Positions 61,043-64,000 of a stretch of 64,000 bases of DNA are shown piece by piece. Origin of the DNA: Malacoraja senta (Eukaryota); assembly GCA_038087875.1 (NCBI GenBank), contig CM075988.1, positions 16,494,001-16,558,000 of the forward strand. The letters run 5' to 3'. Numbering within the stretch: position 1 is the stretch's first letter; each line of letters begins with the position of its first letter. The notes under the pieces were generated by a model, which saw nothing but the letters and a program-made list of their open reading frames with translations, had not been told where the DNA came from and ran no database searches. The position numbers and the translations under genes were made by a program.

Positions 61043-61991
61043 CAGCCTGGGCTTCCTCCAGGAGGATGTCTTTTGGTCAACATATGGCAGAATGACATAG
61101 TTTGGATCACAGCTTCTCCGATGTAGATGCAGTTGCAGGCTCCATTTTGTCCATGTTGCAGGAACCACATCATTTATAACAATTGCCCAGAATGAATGCA
61201 TTTTCTTTTAACACTTTTTAAAATGCTTCTCTCCATTCCCTTTTGTTAAATCATATATAATACAGAGATTGTTTCCTCCAGTTAAATAGATTCCATGATT
61301 CTAAAAACAGAGTATGTATTATTATAACATTAACAATTTAAGGAATAATATCATACACTGTAGTTTCAAGGTTATGGTATCTTGTTTGGTCAGGAGTGTT
61401 GTTATTTGTCAGACTGCATTGCTGCCCCACTTCTTGTTATCATCCTTCATCTCTCGATGAATATCATTAGACATCTAAGCAGCAATCATTTCCATGGCAA
61501 CTGTCTAAGCTGTTTGCATTATTGGTCAACGGTGGCATCATTCTGAGGGACAGAGAGACTTGTCGGAATTCCCATGCTCCCCACACGAGCCCCTGTCACT
61601 GTGCAGGACCTCAAAGAGCCCTGGAAAGCCTGCCTGTGGGGGTGCACTGCAGGCAAAGTATCGGAGAGGGATCTCAAATGCTTTATGTGCAGGAGCGAAC
61701 TGAAGGTGCTGGTGTACACCGAAGATGGACACAAAACGCTGGAGTAACTCAGCGGGACAGGCAGCATCTCTGGATAGATGGAATGGGTGACGTTTTGGGT
61801 CGCGAGTCAGGGGAGACACAGAGATATAGATGGGTAAGATGCCACAATGATCCCAACACTGACGGGTCGGCCTCACGGAACATTTATGATGAGGTGGGGA
61901 ATTCACGGGTTAAAGGCGTAAGAGCTAATCGTGTGATCTGTTTGCTTAACGCAATCTGCCACGTTAACCTATTTGATCTCACCGCATCAGA

Positions 61992-62440
61992 GATAGAAAC
62001 ATAGAAACATAGAAAATAGTTGCAGGCGTAGCCCATTTGGCCCTTCGAGCCAGCACCGCCATTCAATACAATCATGGCTAATCAGAAAAAATCAGTACCC
62101 TGTTCCTGCTTTCTCCCCAAATCTCTTGATTCGGTTAGGCCTAAGAGCTATATCTAACTCTCTCTTGAAAACATCCAGTGAATTGGCCTCCACTACCTTC
62201 TGTGGTGGAGAATTCCACAGATTCACAACTGTCTGGGTGTAAAGGTTTTTCTTCATCTGAGTCCTAAATAGCCTACCCCTTATTCTTAAACGGTGACCCA
62301 TGGTTCTGGACTCCCCCAACATCGGGAACATTTTCCTGCATCTACCCTGTCCAAACTCTGAAGAATTTTGTATGTTTCTACAAGATCCCCTCTCAACTTT
62401 CTAAATTCCAGTGAATACAAACCCAGTCGATCCATTCTTT
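61992..62440 (-). mobile_element. CR1 LINE 3' fragment beginning about 35 bp into the intron after the 62474 donor
   Basis: ORF 62092..62331; ACATAGAA tail. Confidence 0.9.
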
Positions 62441-62473
62441 CGATATTCCCTGTGTTCTTCCCATCCTACCTAC

Positions 62474-62591
62474 CTGTCTTTGGTCCACTTGACGGTGGGT
62501 CCGGGGTCACCCACAGCTCGACACGGCAGAAACACATCTTTCATCCAAGGCGTCGTCACTGTACCTCCAAACGCAATAATCCTTGCTGGGG
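62474..62591 (-). CDS. DSCAML1: DSCAML1 exon, N-terminal half of last Ig domain: (A)[38 protein letters not shown](S)
   Basis: Manual translation; TTGCAG acceptor, GTAGGT donor, 118 nt, phase 1-2, matching the phase of the next exon; contains the first Ig cysteine and the conserved Trp. Confidence 0.96.
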
Positions 62592-62794
62592 CTGCAATTC
62601 AAATCAAGGAAGCTTTACCTCTTTGAGTCTTGCTCTATGTTATTTATCACATAAAATAGTCCCACGTCTTGTACAGTATACATCAACTAATAAAGGAGGT
62701 ACAATCCAGAGCTCGAAATCTACAATATATTACACAACACATCGGTACCTTGCATCCACTGCAGATTCACCTCCAAGTCACACAACCTCCTTAT

Positions 62795-63123
62795 AGCCCT
62801 GTCCCACGGTACGAGTTCATTCCAAGAGCTCTCCCGAGTTTAAAAAAAAATCAAACTCGTGGTAAGCACGGAGAATGAACATAGCGGGTACGTCGGAGCT
62901 CGTTTACGTCTCTTAGCGGCTCGTAACGCTAACGGCAGGTACTCGGGAAGACTCGCTAACGGCAGGTAAGCACAGGAAGACTCGTGAAGATTTTTCAACA
63001 TGTTGAAAAATGTCCACGAGAGCCACGAGTACCGACGAGTGGGCATTACCGTAAATCTCCGAGTTCGAATCAGGGCAAACTCGGGAGAGCTCTTGGAATG
63101 AACTCGTACCGTGGGACAGGGCT
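62795..63123. mobile_element. MITE with perfect 47-bp terminal inverted repeats
   Basis: 62795-62841 is the exact reverse complement of 63077-63123; flanks TTAT and TTAA. Confidence 0.9.
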
Positions 63124-64000
63124 TTAACTATATCACAGTTTCTTCATCATTAGTGGATCTGAAATCTGGAACTTGTCCCTGCCCCACAGGTCTGTGGGAC
63201 CATTTCCACCAAAAGGACCACTGTGGTTCAAGTAAATGGTCACCATCACCTTGTCAAGGGTGATTAAGGACAGGCGACAAATGCTGGCTACATTCCATAA
63301 ATACAAAGAATGGATAAATATACAATATACCCTAGTGTAAGGGGTTTAGAGCATTGGATATTTGGGTGTGGTGCAGCGGTAGAGATGCTGCCTCACAGCA
63401 CCAGAGACCCGGGTTCGATCCTGACTGCGATGCTGTCTGTATAGAGTTTGCACGTTCTCCCTGTGACCGTGTTGTTTTTCTCTGGGTGTTCCGGATTCCT
63501 CTCACATTTCAAAGATTTGTCGGTTAATTGGCTTCTGTAAATTGCCCCAAGTGTGTAGGATGAGAAAGTGGGATAACATGGAACTAATGTTCGGGTGATC
63601 GATGGTCGGTGTGGGCTGAAGGGCCTGTTGCCACACTGTATCTCTGAACTAAAGGAAACTATTGACGGTTCACCATCATCGTGCCCAGTACATTGTAACA
63701 GGTACAACACAGTACATGGCACTTTGAGTATTGTGTATTATGCCGTCCACAGTTTGCAATTATCATGCAAAATAATATTGTAACATGCAATGCAGAATAT
63801 TTAAGGACAGTTTAAAGTATGGTGCGTAATGCATTGAACAACCCCAGGCCAATTCGGGGGGAAAAAACTCTCTGACAATGAAGAACAGATTCACGGAAGT
63901 TTTCGTGAACCATAAATCCATGTCCAAGGTGTGTTGTAATATTGACTTCAATGATATCACTCCTCCATGACTAACCTCAATGGATAGCTTAAGCAAAGAG

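Noticed and set aside
3491..62591. Assignment to DSCAM rather than DSCAML1
   Set aside because: GEGDDVKKLFTI, RKKRKEKR and AEMLIS match DSCAML1; DSCAM has a longer juxtamembrane linker and RRRRREQR.

Overview
Vertebrate genomic DNA, almost certainly from a cartilaginous fish (skate/ray/shark), inferred from HE1-type V-SINEs and HER1/CR1-type LINE tails. The whole window lies inside DSCAML1 on the minus strand. Seven coding exons with GT-AG boundaries splice in frame (62591-62474, 54513-54350, 52981-52883, 15971-15783, 12714-12427, 7215-7060, 3521-3491). They encode the last Ig domain, two FN3 domains, the transmembrane helix and the start of the cytoplasmic tail; the gene continues beyond both window edges. 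The introns, one of about 37 kb, are packed with transposons. The most notable are: (1) a structurally complete 4.8-kb DIRS-type tyrosine-recombinase retrotransposon with a readable circle junction, an intact gag ORF and a splice acceptor in frame with DSCAML1; (2) a Penelope-like (GIY-YIG) family whose 3' end carries a minimal hammerhead-ribozyme-like motif and which repeatedly forms fold-back insertions, including a near-perfect 424-bp inverted repeat; (3) two related MITEs; (4) a young CR1 LINE with near-complete ORF2, plus L2 and Rex/Babar fragments and many SINEs. There are no prokaryotic features, CRISPR arrays, rRNA or genuine tRNA genes. All family assignments come from recognising motifs by eye, not from database searches, and repeat boundaries are approximate unless junctions are quoted.
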